The position numbers were made by a program, and so were the translations under genes. Shown piece by piece: positions 49,639-60,035 of a DNA stretch of 64,000 nucleotides. Source of the DNA: Candidatus Hydrogenedentota bacterium. GTDB taxonomy: Bacteria > Hydrogenedentota > Hydrogenedentia > Hydrogenedentales > SLHB01. The stretch covers positions 200,671-264,670 of the forward strand of contig BTVY01000001.1 in the NCBI GenBank assembly GCA_045863335.1. Reading direction: 5' to 3'. The notes under the pieces are model-generated. The model had not been told where the DNA came from. It searched no databases and was given only the letters and a program-made list of their open reading frames with translations. The first letter of the stretch is position 1; each line of letters begins with the position of its first letter.

Positions 49639-51630
49639 CTAAGAGCCGGGCGCGACGTTGCCGCTAACCCAGATGGGCGAAGACCAGGCCATCACGATGC
49701 GGCCACCGATGTCGTTCGCCTGACGCAGGCGCATGTAGTACACGCTGCCTTCGGTGCAGGCCTCGTCCATAAACACTTCGGAGAACTCCAGCGTGTTGGG
49801 CTTCCACGCTTGAATTACGGTAAACGCTTCCTCGCCGGGCTGGTGACGAAGGAGTTCCACCAAGGCAATGCTGTCCGTGCCGATGGCCTCCAGCTTCAAC
49901 TCGGCGGTATCCACCGATTCGAGAATCGACCCCATGGGTTCGCCGTTGAGCGTGAAATCGAGAACAATCTTCGCGCCGGTCGTGCCGTAGGTGCGGCGCT
50001 CGTACAGCGCCTGAAACACGGCGTTGCGCGAGTTCTCCGTGGCGCGCACAGCCGTCAATCCATAGAAGGGCTTTCCGGGTTGGGCGCGGTGATCGTCGGA
50101 CGCCGCCACCGTCGAAAGGTAGAGACCCCGAGCCCAAACGTCCTGCGCATGAGTCGGCCCGTCGTGACTCTTCGAGTCGGAGGTAAACCAACTCTGCTCA
50201 AACGAGAGCGGATGATCCGGGTTGTATGCCTCGCTGAGACCATGACCAGAATAGATCTCAAAGTTGCGGCGCAATTCGGGATCGTGAAAGCCGAAGTCAA
50301 CATCTTGAGGGAACTTCCCCGTATGGTGCGGAATGGTCAGCGCGTTTCCGGCATCGAGCGCTTTCCACAACTCGGGCAAGGTCGCCGCCTGCGGATTGAT
50401 CAGCGCGCCCGGCGCACCACGGAAAAAAACGTTGTGATGCCCGTACGGCGTGCCAAAGGAACATCCATACGCATGAATGGTCACGAACGCGGGGGGATCG
50501 TGGTGTTTCTCGGTCTTGGCGGTGTACTCATCCCAGACACCGGGGTGCAGACCCTTCGTGCCTTCCGCTGCCGGTTCGTTGGAGTGATCGGTCATGGCAT
50601 AGAAATCGAGTCCCATGGCATAGCGGGCGTAATCGAAATTGTCGTAGCCCACGCCGTCCCAACTGTAATGCGTATGGGAATGCAATTCGCCCCAAAGTAC
50701 CCGCAATTCCGGCTCGGCCGCCGAAACGATACAGGGATTGGACACCGCGCTTACGTTCTTGTCATCCGCCCAAGCGTGAAATCGCAGCGTCCCCGTTGCC
50801 TGTGGAGTGGCTTCGAATTCAACATAGCCCTGGCCAGACGGGACGTCGACCACCGATGGAAGGGCAGCCTCTCCGGTCTCGATGTTCAGCCGCACCGATG
50901 CGGGCACGTGAACGGGATTGTTCTCGGCATCCAGCAACGACACCAGCACGCGGATGGGCTTGTCAACCACCGCCTGCGAAGGCGCGTGCACGAGCATGTA
51001 CGCCGCCGGACCGGGTTCGATGGAAATCGACGCGGGCTCCGTGTGAAGAGCAAACGTGCTGTTCCCATTCGCATCAACCGCCAGAAGCACAGGAAGCTCC
51101 GCCCCAGTCACCTCGCCCGGACGCAGGCCGCGGCTTCCCCCGCTGGTATCACCGTAAACGACGGTGATGGTGTCCCCTTCTTGAAGCGCGCCCTTGGCGA
51201 CTTGTACACGCACAACAAACACGTAACGTTCAAACCGGCCATCCAACGACGGCTTCGCGTGCTTTACAAGTTCGTTCTCGACTTCGTGCTCCACCGATGC
51301 GCGCAACGTAACGCCCTCGCGCGAGCACAACGCCGTAACATAGTGGTCGCCGGAGGGACTGCTCGCCTGCAACCGGATCGCGCTGTTCCGGGGCCCCGCG
51401 TGCATCTCGTCCGGAAGCTGCACGCGAATGCCGCCCCCTTCCGCGATGCCATCGGAGCCGGCCGTGTACGTCACCGCCCACGTGCCGTAGACGCCGGAGA
51501 CGGCGGAGTCCGGATGCACAGAGTATGATCCCGCGGTAGTCGTGCCTTCCATAACCGGGTCGGGAGGCTGCGCGAATACCGGGGCGGCAGCGCACAAAAG
51601 AACCAAGCACAACGCGACGGATTTCCGCAT
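49639..51630 (-). CDS. Secreted DUF3604/PHP-fold metallohydrolase
   Basis: WGELHSHT, TDH, GHHNV, PHH, SDDH, AWSSPIW. Confidence 0.8.
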   Translation of the reverse strand: MRKSVALCLVLLCAAAPVFAQPPDPVMEGTTTAGSYSVHPDSAVSGVYGTWAVTYTAGSDGIAEGGGIRVQLPDEMHAGPRNSAIRLQASSPSGDHYVTALCSREGVTLRASVEHEVENELVKHAKPSLDGRFERYVFVVRVQVAKGALQEGDTITVVYGDTSGGSRGLRPGEVTGAELPVLLAVDANGNSTFALHTEPASISIEPGPAAYMLVHAPSQAVVDKPIRVLVSLLDAENNPVHVPASVRLNIETGEAALPSVVDVPSGQGYVEFEATPQATGTLRFHAWADDKNVSAVSNPCIVSAAEPELRVLWGELHSHTHYSWDGVGYDNFDYARYAMGLDFYAMTDHSNEPAAEGTKGLHPGVWDEYTAKTEKHHDPPAFVTIHAYGCSFGTPYGHHNVFFRGAPGALINPQAATLPELWKALDAGNALTIPHHTGKFPQDVDFGFHDPELRRNFEIYSGHGLSEAYNPDHPLSFEQSWFTSDSKSHDGPTHAQDVWARGLYLSTVAASDDHRAQPGKPFYGLTAVRATENSRNAVFQALYERRTYGTTGAKIVLDFTLNGEPMGSILESVDTAELKLEAIGTDSIALVELLRHQPGEEAFTVIQAWKPNTLEFSEVFMDEACTEGSVYYMRLRQANDIGGRIVMAWSSPIWVSGNVAPGS

Positions 51631-51650
51631 CTTTCATCTTCTCCCGAGTT

Positions 51651-53030
51651 CTACTCGTGCTCCCATTTCAGAATCCAGGGATCGTTCGTGCGTTTCTGGA
51701 AGTCTCGCAGCTTCTGCTGTAACCGCTTCAATTCATCTGCGTGATTCGGATCGTCTGCGAGGTTATTCACCTCATCCGGATCGACTTTCAGGTCGTACAA
51801 CTCAAACTCCGGCCGATGCAGATACGCATCGACGGTGCGTTTGCCGTAATGAGTCAGGTTGCGATCGAGCACCGCCTGCCACGTCGCGGCTTCCCACAGG
51901 TCCGACGCGAAGGGGAACGACAACCCGTGTGCGATGTTCCAGATGAGTTTGTACTGCCGCTCGACGATCACGCGGTTGGGATAGTACATGGTGATCTCGT
52001 GGAACGTATGCGACGCATACGTCTCGTCCCAACCCTCCGGCCTTTCCTCCGGAAGCGCGTCTAAGAACGACCTTCCGTGGAACGTGGTGTCCGGCGCCTG
52101 CACGCCCGCATAGTCGAGGATCGTCGGCGTGATGTCCGCCCAGTTGACCATGGCGTCGCAGGCCTTTCCTTCAACCTCCTGGAGCGGATTGCGCACGACG
52201 CAGGGCAGTCGAATGCCCGGTTCATACACATTGGTCTTCGCTCCGGGGAAGGCAATCCCGTTGTCGGAAAGAAAGATCACGAGCGTATCTTCCCAACGAC
52301 CCGTCTCTTTCAGGATCTCAATCAGACGCGCAAGCCCACGGTCGGCGCGCTGAACGGACCCGTAGTATTGGGCCAACTCTTCGCGGCACTCCGGAATATC
52401 CGGCAGGAAGGGCGGCACGATCACATCGTCGGGACTGAACGTATCGGATCCCTCGCGCTTGAATGGCCGGTGCGGTTCGACCGTGCAGAAATACAGGAAG
52501 AAGGGCTGCTCGCTTTCAGCGGCGATAAAATCGCGGCACTGTTCCGCCATTTCATCGGGCGCGCGCACAGGGTTGTATTGCTGGAAGTGATAGACCTCTT
52601 CGGGCGCCACGTGGTACTTCCCCGCGCACAGCGTGCGGTATCCCGCATCGCCGAGCAGAACCGGCAAGGTCTTGATCTTCGGAAAGCTCACGAAATGGTG
52701 GTAGTCGTGGGCGTGCCCGTATTGGCCGTTCGCGTGGTTGTACAGCCCGGTCAACAACACCGATCGGCTCGCGCTGCACGAGGGCGTCGTGCAATACGCA
52801 TAGTTCATCCGCGTGCCTTCTTTAGCGAGCGTATCGAGACCCGGCGTGCGAATGGCGGGATTGCCGTAGCAGCCAGCATCGCCGTGACCCTGATCGTCAA
52901 CGACGTAGAGCAGCACATTGCGTTTCGGATTGGCCTGCGCATGGCTCCGCGCGCCGGACAGGGTCAGCGCGGCCGTCCCCATGGCCGCTGTCTTCAAAAA
53001 AGAACGCCGCTCCATCGTGCTATGGCTCAT
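51651..53030 (-). CDS. Tat-exported sulfatase (sulfamidase-like)
   Basis: ERRSFLK; DDQG; CSASR..LLTG; GKYH; SDNG. Confidence 0.9.
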   Translation of the reverse strand: MSHSTMERRSFLKTAAMGTAALTLSGARSHAQANPKRNVLLYVVDDQGHGDAGCYGNPAIRTPGLDTLAKEGTRMNYAYCTTPSCSASRSVLLTGLYNHANGQYGHAHDYHHFVSFPKIKTLPVLLGDAGYRTLCAGKYHVAPEEVYHFQQYNPVRAPDEMAEQCRDFIAAESEQPFFLYFCTVEPHRPFKREGSDTFSPDDVIVPPFLPDIPECREELAQYYGSVQRADRGLARLIEILKETGRWEDTLVIFLSDNGIAFPGAKTNVYEPGIRLPCVVRNPLQEVEGKACDAMVNWADITPTILDYAGVQAPDTTFHGRSFLDALPEERPEGWDETYASHTFHEITMYYPNRVIVERQYKLIWNIAHGLSFPFASDLWEAATWQAVLDRNLTHYGKRTVDAYLHRPEFELYDLKVDPDEVNNLADDPNHADELKRLQQKLRDFQKRTNDPWILKWEHE

Positions 53031-53136
53031 TGGTGGTCGCTCCGCGAATGGTAAGCTTGATCGCACCGGTCCCGATTAGGGACCATCTTACAGACCACCA
53101 AAGGCGATCCCAAACCGAGGCAAGGGCGATATCTCG

Positions 53137-53194
53137 ATCCGACCTATCCGACCGATCCGACCGATCGGTCAGATCGGTCCGATCAGTCCGATCG
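53137..53194. repeat. 9-bp tandem array (ATCCGACCG/ATCGGTCCG) between divergent sulfatase genes
   Basis: Six units plus a partial seventh. Confidence 0.85.
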
Positions 53195-53218
53195 ATCGCT
53201 ATCAAGGAGGCAACCATC

Positions 53219-54673
53219 ATGAAACTAAGCCGCCGCGAGTTTATCGGTTCCGCAGTCGCGGGCGCGTGCATCGCTTCGGGATGCGCAACGACGGCCCCAT
53301 CACGCAAGACCGCCGCCCGTCCGAACGTCGTCCTCGTCATGGCCGACGATCAAGGCTGGGGCGACATGGCCTACAACGGCCATCCCGTGCTGCAGACGCC
53401 CCACTTCGTTGCGGCGGCCGCGACAGGCCTGCGCTTCGACCGGTTCTACGCGGCGGCGCCGGTCTGTTCCCCCACACGCGGCAGTGTGATGACGGGACGG
53501 CACCCGAACCGCTTCGGCTGTTTCAGTTGGGGGCACACGCTGCGTCCGCAGGAGATCACCATCGCGGAAGCATTGAAGTCGGCGGGATACGTGACCGGCC
53601 ACTTCGGCAAATGGCACCTCGGTCCCGTCGAGAAAGGCAGCCCGGTAAATCCCGGCGCGAGCGGGTTCGACGAATGGCTCTCCGCGCCAAACTTTTTCGA
53701 CAACGACCCCATCCTCAGCCGCGAAGGCGTCGCGGAACCCAAGCCGGGCGAAAGCTCCATGGTCACGGCGGACGCGGCCATCGACTTCATGCGAAAACAT
53801 GCGGGCAGCGACCAGCCCTTCCTCGCGGTGGTCTGGTTCGGCTCGCCCCATAATCCCCATCAGGCGACGGACGAATTAAAAGCCTTGTATCCGAACGAAG
53901 ACGCGCAGTTCCAGAACTTCTACGGCGAAATCACGGGGATGGATCGCGCCTTCGGCAGATTGCGCGCGGAACTGCGCACCCTCGGCATCGCGGACAACAC
54001 GATCTTCTGGTATTGCAGCGACAACGGCGGGCTCCCGAAGGTCGGATCCACGGGAGGGCGCGGACACAAGAGCCAGCTTTACGAAGGCGGCCTCCGCGTG
54101 CCCGCGATCCTGGAGTGGCCACAGAAGATCCCCGCGAACCGGTTCACGAACATCCCCTGCAACACCGCGGACATCTATCCCACGCTGCTCGACATCCTCG
54201 GCATCGAGATGCCGAACCAGCCGCAACTCGACGGCATCAGCCTCGCCCCATTGATCACACGCGATATGACCAAACGCCCGGAACCCATGGGATTCTGGGT
54301 CTACCCCGAAAAAGGCATCAGTACCCCGAGCAAAGAACTCATGCAGGAACTTCACGAGGCCCAACAGGCCGGCAACGAAGTCGCCCACCCCGGCATGCTC
54401 TGTCTGGACGCGGGAAAAATCAAGACCACCTACTCCGAAGACGACCTGCCCGGCCATTCCGCCTGGCTCGACTGGCCCTGGAAGCTGCACCGAATTCCGA
54501 AGGAAGGATCGGACAGCGAATTCACATTCGAACTCTACAACCTCGAATCCGACCCCGGCGAAGCAACCGACCTGACCGCTTCACAAACCCCGCGCGTACA
54601 GACCATGAGCGCCGCCCTGAAAGCCTGGCAACAATCGGTAGTCCGAAGTCTCAACGGAAAAGACTACAATTAA
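53219..54673 (+). CDS. Tat-exported (lipo)arylsulfatase family protein
   Basis: SRREFI; ASGC lipobox; DDQG; CSPTR..MTG; GKWH; SDNG; RBS AAGGAGG. Confidence 0.92.
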   Translation: MKLSRREFIGSAVAGACIASGCATTAPSRKTAARPNVVLVMADDQGWGDMAYNGHPVLQTPHFVAAAATGLRFDRFYAAAPVCSPTRGSVMTGRHPNRFGCFSWGHTLRPQEITIAEALKSAGYVTGHFGKWHLGPVEKGSPVNPGASGFDEWLSAPNFFDNDPILSREGVAEPKPGESSMVTADAAIDFMRKHAGSDQPFLAVVWFGSPHNPHQATDELKALYPNEDAQFQNFYGEITGMDRAFGRLRAELRTLGIADNTIFWYCSDNGGLPKVGSTGGRGHKSQLYEGGLRVPAILEWPQKIPANRFTNIPCNTADIYPTLLDILGIEMPNQPQLDGISLAPLITRDMTKRPEPMGFWVYPEKGISTPSKELMQELHEAQQAGNEVAHPGMLCLDAGKIKTTYSEDDLPGHSAWLDWPWKLHRIPKEGSDSEFTFELYNLESDPGEATDLTASQTPRVQTMSAALKAWQQSVVRSLNGKDYN

Positions 54674-54875
54674 ATCGACCCCTATGGACTGCGGTCCCCC
54701 GGGACTGCTTTTCCCAAGCACGTTCTCGGGGACCTAACCCAGTCCAGCGACGCAGATTATCACCATCATCGAGCCGCACACAAAGTTAGTTCCAGATTTG
54801 TTCACAGATCGGGCTAACAAGCGCCATCCCCTTCGCCAGAACAACACTCGCCTTGCTATTTGCATCGAATCGCGT

Positions 54876-55117
54876 GGCCTGAAAGGCCTGCATACTCTCA
54901 GCCCCAGGTTGGTCCGACCAGCGGGAGGACCTACCTGGGGTACACGGACCCATTTTTTGATCTTACCCTGTAAGGGTTTCACAAGGATCATAAGGTTGTA
55001 TATCCCCTTCGGGGAACTGACGTGGGTTGGTGGGATGCGATGTCCCCGGGTAGGCCTTGCTGCGCGGCGGCCAATCACGCCGATGGCGTGACTATAGGTA
55101 TGCAGGCCCGTTGGGCC
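54876..55117. repeat. Composite palindromic REP-like element
   Basis: Ends GGCCTGAAAGGCCTGCATAC / GTATGCAGGCCCGTTGGGCC; internal hairpins CCCCAGGT..ACCTGGGG, ACCCTGTAAGGGT, TCCCCTTCGGGGA. Confidence 0.65.
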
Positions 55118-55248
55118 ATTACGGCGGCTTGACGCCGCCGCACCGCAACGTCCCATACCACGGCGCTCCCGGTTCGTCGCGCCGGTACCCGTCGTCGTGC
55201 CCGTTCCAACGGACCGCACTCCATGGAATCCTTGAGTAATTCGAACGA

Positions 55249-56706
55249 CTACTCGTCCGTGCGTGGTATGTCCGCGTCAACTTCTAAGCCGGTGCAATCT
55301 TCCCACGCGAATGCTTCTCCCGTCGCTGGGGACACGCGGACATCATCCATAACGACGCCATTCACCAGTTTCGCGCGGAATCCTTCCGTTGCATCGATGG
55401 ATACGTTCTCAAACCGCAAATCCTCAATCGGCGCCTCGGGCAACCCCTCGATGCTCGCGGCCCGCTTGGCGCCGTCAACATGGATATCCCGAAACGCGAT
55501 ATCCCGAAACAGCGGCGCCTTCCCATCCGTCGTGCCCATCCAGGCGCGGTAGGCGGTGGTCATTTGGATGGCGTCGCTCTGGATGTTCGTCATGTCGATG
55601 TTCTCAAACCAAAGACGTTCGACGACACCGCCGCGGCCGCGGGTGGACTTGAGACGAATGCCGATCAAGGTCCCGTCAAATACACACGAATGAACGTACA
55701 CATTCCGGATATCGCCGCTGGTATCGCTGCCGAAGACCGCACCGCCGTGTCCCTTCGCCGTGTGGTTGTAGCGGACGACCACGTTCTCCGTCGGCTTGCC
55801 CACGCGCCAGCCGTCTTCGTTCATCCCGGACTTCATGCAGATGCAGTCGTCGCCCGTGTTGAAGTAGCAGTGCTCGATGAGCACGTTCCTGCTGGAATCC
55901 ACGTTCAGCCCGTCCGTGTTGGGGCCGCCCTCCGTGAAAATCCGCAGCTTCCGCGCAATGACCCGGTCGCAATCGACGAGGTCGATGGTCCAAAACGGCC
56001 CCGGCGCGCTGATGGTGAACCCTTCCAGCAACACGTTCCGGCAGTTGATGGGGCTGATCAGTTGCGGCCGCAACCCGTCCTCCACCGTTCCGTAGATGCG
56101 CTCCTCCGGCGGCACGCCCTTCAGAATCTGTTCCTCGTACATGCGGAAGGCCGTCGGCTCTTGCCGCGGTTCCCAGGACCACCACGCCTCGCCGTTGCCG
56201 TCGATGGTCCCCGGCCCCGTGACGGCGATGTTCTCGCAATCGCGCGCGTAGATGAGCGGCGAGTAGTTGTAGCATTCAAAGCCCGCCCACCGCGTAAACA
56301 CGACGGGCAAATAGTCGGCGGGATCGGTGGAGAACCGCAGCACCGCGCCCTCGTCGAGATGGAGATTGACGTTGCTCCTGAGGTGGATGGCTCCGGTTAC
56401 CCACGTACCGGCCGGCACGCGCACCACGCCACCGCCCGCGTCCGCGCAAGCCTCAATCGCGGCGCGAATCGCCCCGGTGTTCTTCGTCTCGCCGTCGCCC
56501 ACCGCGCCGAACACGGCGATATCGAAGACCCGGTCCGGAAAGACGGGCCGCTGAAGTTGGGGCATATCAAAGGGCGCGACGATGGGTTCGATTGCGTGTG
56601 CCGCCGCTTCCACGCCGACCCGTGCTGACCACCCGGTTCCCGTTTCCGCCCCGCCAGCCGCAGCCACTGCTACTACGAAGAATCCCGCCACAAGATTGCG
56701 AAGCAT
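55249..56706 (-). CDS. Glycoside hydrolase family 28 (polygalacturonase-like)
   Basis: NTDG, GDD, GHG, RLKS motifs; signal peptide. Confidence 0.93.
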   Translation of the reverse strand: MLRNLVAGFFVVAVAAAGGAETGTGWSARVGVEAAAHAIEPIVAPFDMPQLQRPVFPDRVFDIAVFGAVGDGETKNTGAIRAAIEACADAGGGVVRVPAGTWVTGAIHLRSNVNLHLDEGAVLRFSTDPADYLPVVFTRWAGFECYNYSPLIYARDCENIAVTGPGTIDGNGEAWWSWEPRQEPTAFRMYEEQILKGVPPEERIYGTVEDGLRPQLISPINCRNVLLEGFTISAPGPFWTIDLVDCDRVIARKLRIFTEGGPNTDGLNVDSSRNVLIEHCYFNTGDDCICMKSGMNEDGWRVGKPTENVVVRYNHTAKGHGGAVFGSDTSGDIRNVYVHSCVFDGTLIGIRLKSTRGRGGVVERLWFENIDMTNIQSDAIQMTTAYRAWMGTTDGKAPLFRDIAFRDIHVDGAKRAASIEGLPEAPIEDLRFENVSIDATEGFRAKLVNGVVMDDVRVSPATGEAFAWEDCTGLEVDADIPRTDE

Positions 56707-56921
56707 ACTACCCCCGGTTTTCTATACGGTGCGCGGCATGGCGTATTGCCAAACGCGGTTGTGCCACGCCCCCTGGGACCTTCACCGAGTCTATTCTCGC
56801 AGACCGGAGACCTGCCATCCAACCTGCGATGGCAACCCTATTGACCGTTAGGTCTCATCCCGCTATTATCGTTTTACGAGTCTTAGCTGGATCGTGGCAA
56901 GTCCGAGGATTGGTGAAGACG

Positions 56922-58259
56922 ATGGTCCCGAATCTCATTGAGATGGCCATCCCGGTGTTTTTCATCCTCATCGGGGTGGAATTGTCCGTCAGTTGGCTGC
57001 AACGCCGCGCCAACTACCGCTTCAATGACACCATCAACGACCTCAGCATGGGCACCGTGGATCAAGTCGGCGGCGCGTTCCTCAAATCCATCGTTTTCAT
57101 CGGCTACCTGTACGTCTACGAGAACCACCGGCTCCTCGACATTCCCATGTCGTCGACCACCGCGTGGGTGGCATGCTTGCTCTTCTACGATCTCATGTAC
57201 TACTGGGCGCACCGGGCCAGCCACGAAGTGAATGTATTGTGGGGCTCGCACATCCCTCACCACCAGAGCGAGGAGTACAACCTGAGCGTCGCGTTGCGGC
57301 AGGGCGTGTTCCAGGGCTGCTTCTTCTGGATCTTCTACCTTCCCCTCGCCTTCACCGGATTCCCCCCCGCCATGTTTATCGTCATGGCGTCGGTGGACAC
57401 GCTCTATCAGTTCTGGATTCACACGCGGACTATCGGGAAACTCGGCCCGCTGGAATGGGTGTTCAACACGCCTTCCCACCACCGCGTGCATCACGCCAAG
57501 AACCCCAAATACATCGACCGGAACCACGGCGGCATGCTGATTATCTGGGACCGGCTCTTCGGCACCTTCAAGGAAGAAGAGGAAGAACCGGTGTACGGCA
57601 CCGCGACTCCCTTACGAAGTTGGAACCCCGTCTGGGCGAACGTCCACTACTGGATCGATCTTGCGAAGCTGGCGTGGGAAGCACCGCGCTGGCAGGACAA
57701 GTTCCTGGTCTGGTTCATGAAACCCGCTTGGCGGCCCGCGGGGCTGGAGAAGGAAGGCCCTCCCGCCCACCTGCGGCGCGAGTTCTACGAAAAGTACAAT
57801 CCGCGCATCCCCGTGAGCCTCAGCATCTATGTCTTCGTACAGTTTCTCCCCACGATGATCATCGCCACGTCCTTCCTCAAGAAGGAGGCGGACCTCGTGG
57901 CGGCGGAGCGGATTGGCGTCGCGGGCCTCATCATCATGACGCTCGTCTGCATCGGCGGAATCCTCGAGGGAAAACGCTGGGCCCTCTTGCTCGAAGGACT
58001 ACGGCTTCCCGTTCTCGGCGGCGCCGCCATCATCTGGACGCAACGTGCCTTCGGACTCGAAACGATGTTGGGGCAGATCGTGGCCGTGCTTGTACTAGTC
58101 GACGTCGTCGCCCTCATGATTTGGCTGCTGAGCCACCGCCGCGCGTTCACCCACCCCTTCGGACCAGTGGCCGCCGACGCGATCTCGTCAGCAATCGCCG
58201 ACTCCGAATTCCCGCCCCAACTGCAAGACTCCCATTCAACAGCCCGGACAGGTCTCTGA
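56922..58259 (+). CDS. Sterol desaturase family / alkylglycerol monooxygenase-like protein
   Basis: His boxes HRASH, HIPHH, FWIH, HHRVHH; EEYNLSVALRQ; start taken at ATG 56922. Confidence 0.85.
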   Translation: MVPNLIEMAIPVFFILIGVELSVSWLQRRANYRFNDTINDLSMGTVDQVGGAFLKSIVFIGYLYVYENHRLLDIPMSSTTAWVACLLFYDLMYYWAHRASHEVNVLWGSHIPHHQSEEYNLSVALRQGVFQGCFFWIFYLPLAFTGFPPAMFIVMASVDTLYQFWIHTRTIGKLGPLEWVFNTPSHHRVHHAKNPKYIDRNHGGMLIIWDRLFGTFKEEEEEPVYGTATPLRSWNPVWANVHYWIDLAKLAWEAPRWQDKFLVWFMKPAWRPAGLEKEGPPAHLRREFYEKYNPRIPVSLSIYVFVQFLPTMIIATSFLKKEADLVAAERIGVAGLIIMTLVCIGGILEGKRWALLLEGLRLPVLGGAAIIWTQRAFGLETMLGQIVAVLVLVDVVALMIWLLSHRRAFTHPFGPVAADAISSAIADSEFPPQLQDSHSTARTGL

Positions 58260-58265
58260 AGAATC

Positions 58266-58316
58266 GGGACTGTCACCATTTTTCTTCTGTGCGATCGAGA
58301 TGAAAAATGGGGACAC
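58266..58316. repeat. REP-like inverted repeat, same family as 20035-20140
   Basis: GGGACTGTCACCATTTTTC ... GAAAAATGGGGACAC between convergent genes. Confidence 0.7.
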
Positions 58317-58329
58317 CGCACAGGCAATC

Positions 58330-59298
58330 TCAGCCTCCGGCAACGTTCCCCTCTTCCGCCGAACTCGCGGTTTCTCCTGCATACGGATCGTGCAGTCCGG
58401 GATGTCCGTCGGGATGGGCGTCCTCATGGTGTTCGGGTTCCACATGGGTCGTCACGTGTACTGTGAAGTTCTCGAAAAGATTGTGGATCGATTCCTCCAC
58501 GCGGGTAACGCGGTCGTGAGCTTCCGCTGTCGACATCTCGCCGGGCACCTGCATGTGCACTTCCACCCACATGACATCGTTACTCTGGCGATGCTTGAGT
58601 TGATGGAAACCGGTAATGCGGCCTTCGTCCACAGCGGCCTGCAAACACCCGAGGATCTTGGGCGTCTGGCGCGGGTCGGCTGCATCGATCAAGCCCGCGA
58701 ACGACCCGAAAATGAGGCTCCCGGCTTCGCGCAGGATGTTGGTCGCGACGAGGATCGCCACGATCGGGTCAAGCCAGAGCAGGCCGGTTAGTTGGACAAT
58801 AAGGACTCCGATGACAACGCCGGCGCTGGTCCACATATCCGTCAGCACGTGTTTGCCGTTAGCGACCAGAATCACCGCGTTGCGCGATCTGCCGACACGC
58901 ACCAGGAACAACCCCAGCCCCAGGTTCACGAGACATAGCGCGCCGGTGATCACGATCCCGATTCCCAGGTGACGCAACTCCGGACCCAGGATGAGCTCGC
59001 GAACGCTGGAGTAATAGATGTACAGGGCCGCGGAAAGGATCATGGCCCCTTCGAACCCCGCCGAGAAATACGCGATCTTCCCGTGGCCATACGGATGTTT
59101 GTTGTCAGGGTCTTGCCGCGCGTACCACAGGCTGAAACCCGCCACCGCCGTCGCCGCAATATGGACGACCGACTCCGCCGCGTCCGAGAGAATCGCGGCG
59201 CTTCCGGTGATGACGTAGGCCGTCAGCTTGCCGGCCAGCATCAACACGGCGACGGACAGACTGGCGATCATCGCCGTTTGTCGCAGATCGGATTTCAT
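58330..59298 (-). CDS. Cation diffusion facilitator transporter
   Basis: SDAAES, HPYGHGK, HVLTD, C-terminal THVEP. Confidence 0.92.
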   Translation of the reverse strand: MKSDLRQTAMIASLSVAVLMLAGKLTAYVITGSAAILSDAAESVVHIAATAVAGFSLWYARQDPDNKHPYGHGKIAYFSAGFEGAMILSAALYIYYSSVRELILGPELRHLGIGIVITGALCLVNLGLGLFLVRVGRSRNAVILVANGKHVLTDMWTSAGVVIGVLIVQLTGLLWLDPIVAILVATNILREAGSLIFGSFAGLIDAADPRQTPKILGCLQAAVDEGRITGFHQLKHRQSNDVMWVEVHMQVPGEMSTAEAHDRVTRVEESIHNLFENFTVHVTTHVEPEHHEDAHPDGHPGLHDPYAGETASSAEEGNVAGG

Positions 59299-59376
59299 CG
59301 CCCCCCCTCGTCAATTACGGAAATCGAACCGTAACGCATCCAGCATAACACGGCAAGGGAACAGCGGCCATAGGAA

Positions 59377-59886
59377 CTACGCGAGTTCCGAGCGGGAATA
59401 CGTGCGAGACTCCCGAACGTCCCCGGTCAGCTCGTAGATCGCGACCCTGATTTCGTCGTCCGAGGTGGTAATGAGCGCGTAGGATGGCCGTTGCCCCCGG
59501 TCGAACTTACTCTTGAGATGCCCTGGATTGAGGTGAACCGACATTCCGAGCTTTTCGATCCGCGCCACGTGGGTATGACCCGTTAACACCACGGTTGCCG
59601 CCAACTCGCGTGCGGAAAGGTCCTTGTCGGCGTGGGCGGCGGATATGGTGATGCCATCGACGGACTCCACAATGGTGCTTGGAATGCGGTGATCGGCGTA
59701 CTCCGGGCACCACAGCCCAGGCACCATCTTGATCGCGTGTCCCGCCATGGCCAATTCCTCGGCGTCCGAATAGTCGTCGCCCACGTGAATCAACAGGTCT
59801 ACTTGGTGACGGGTGGCGAGATAGTCAGCCACCTGATGCATCATGCGACGGTTGCCGTGGGTATCGCTGATAATTCCAATGATCAT
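59377..59886 (-). CDS. YfcE-like phosphodiesterase
   Basis: ISDTH, HVGD, GHTH, NPG. Confidence 0.85.
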   Translation of the reverse strand: MIIGIISDTHGNRRMMHQVADYLATRHQVDLLIHVGDDYSDAEELAMAGHAIKMVPGLWCPEYADHRIPSTIVESVDGITISAAHADKDLSARELAATVVLTGHTHVARIEKLGMSVHLNPGHLKSKFDRGQRPSYALITTSDDEIRVAIYELTGDVRESRTYSRSELA

Positions 59887-60035
59887 CGATGAGAACCCAA
59901 CTTCAGGTAAAACAGACCTCCGTAAAAACCGGAATCACGGCCGAACCAGAATATGGTATCCTCCACCGGCAGGATTGGGTTTGCAAAGTGGCGGCCAGTA
60001 TATCCCAGGCCGTAAAGCCTCGCCAATACTTTGCC

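Noticed and set aside
51651-54673. Sulfatases as partners of the PKS sulfotransferase
   Set aside because: About 38 kb away with unrelated genes between; exported sulfatases fit general glycan catabolism.
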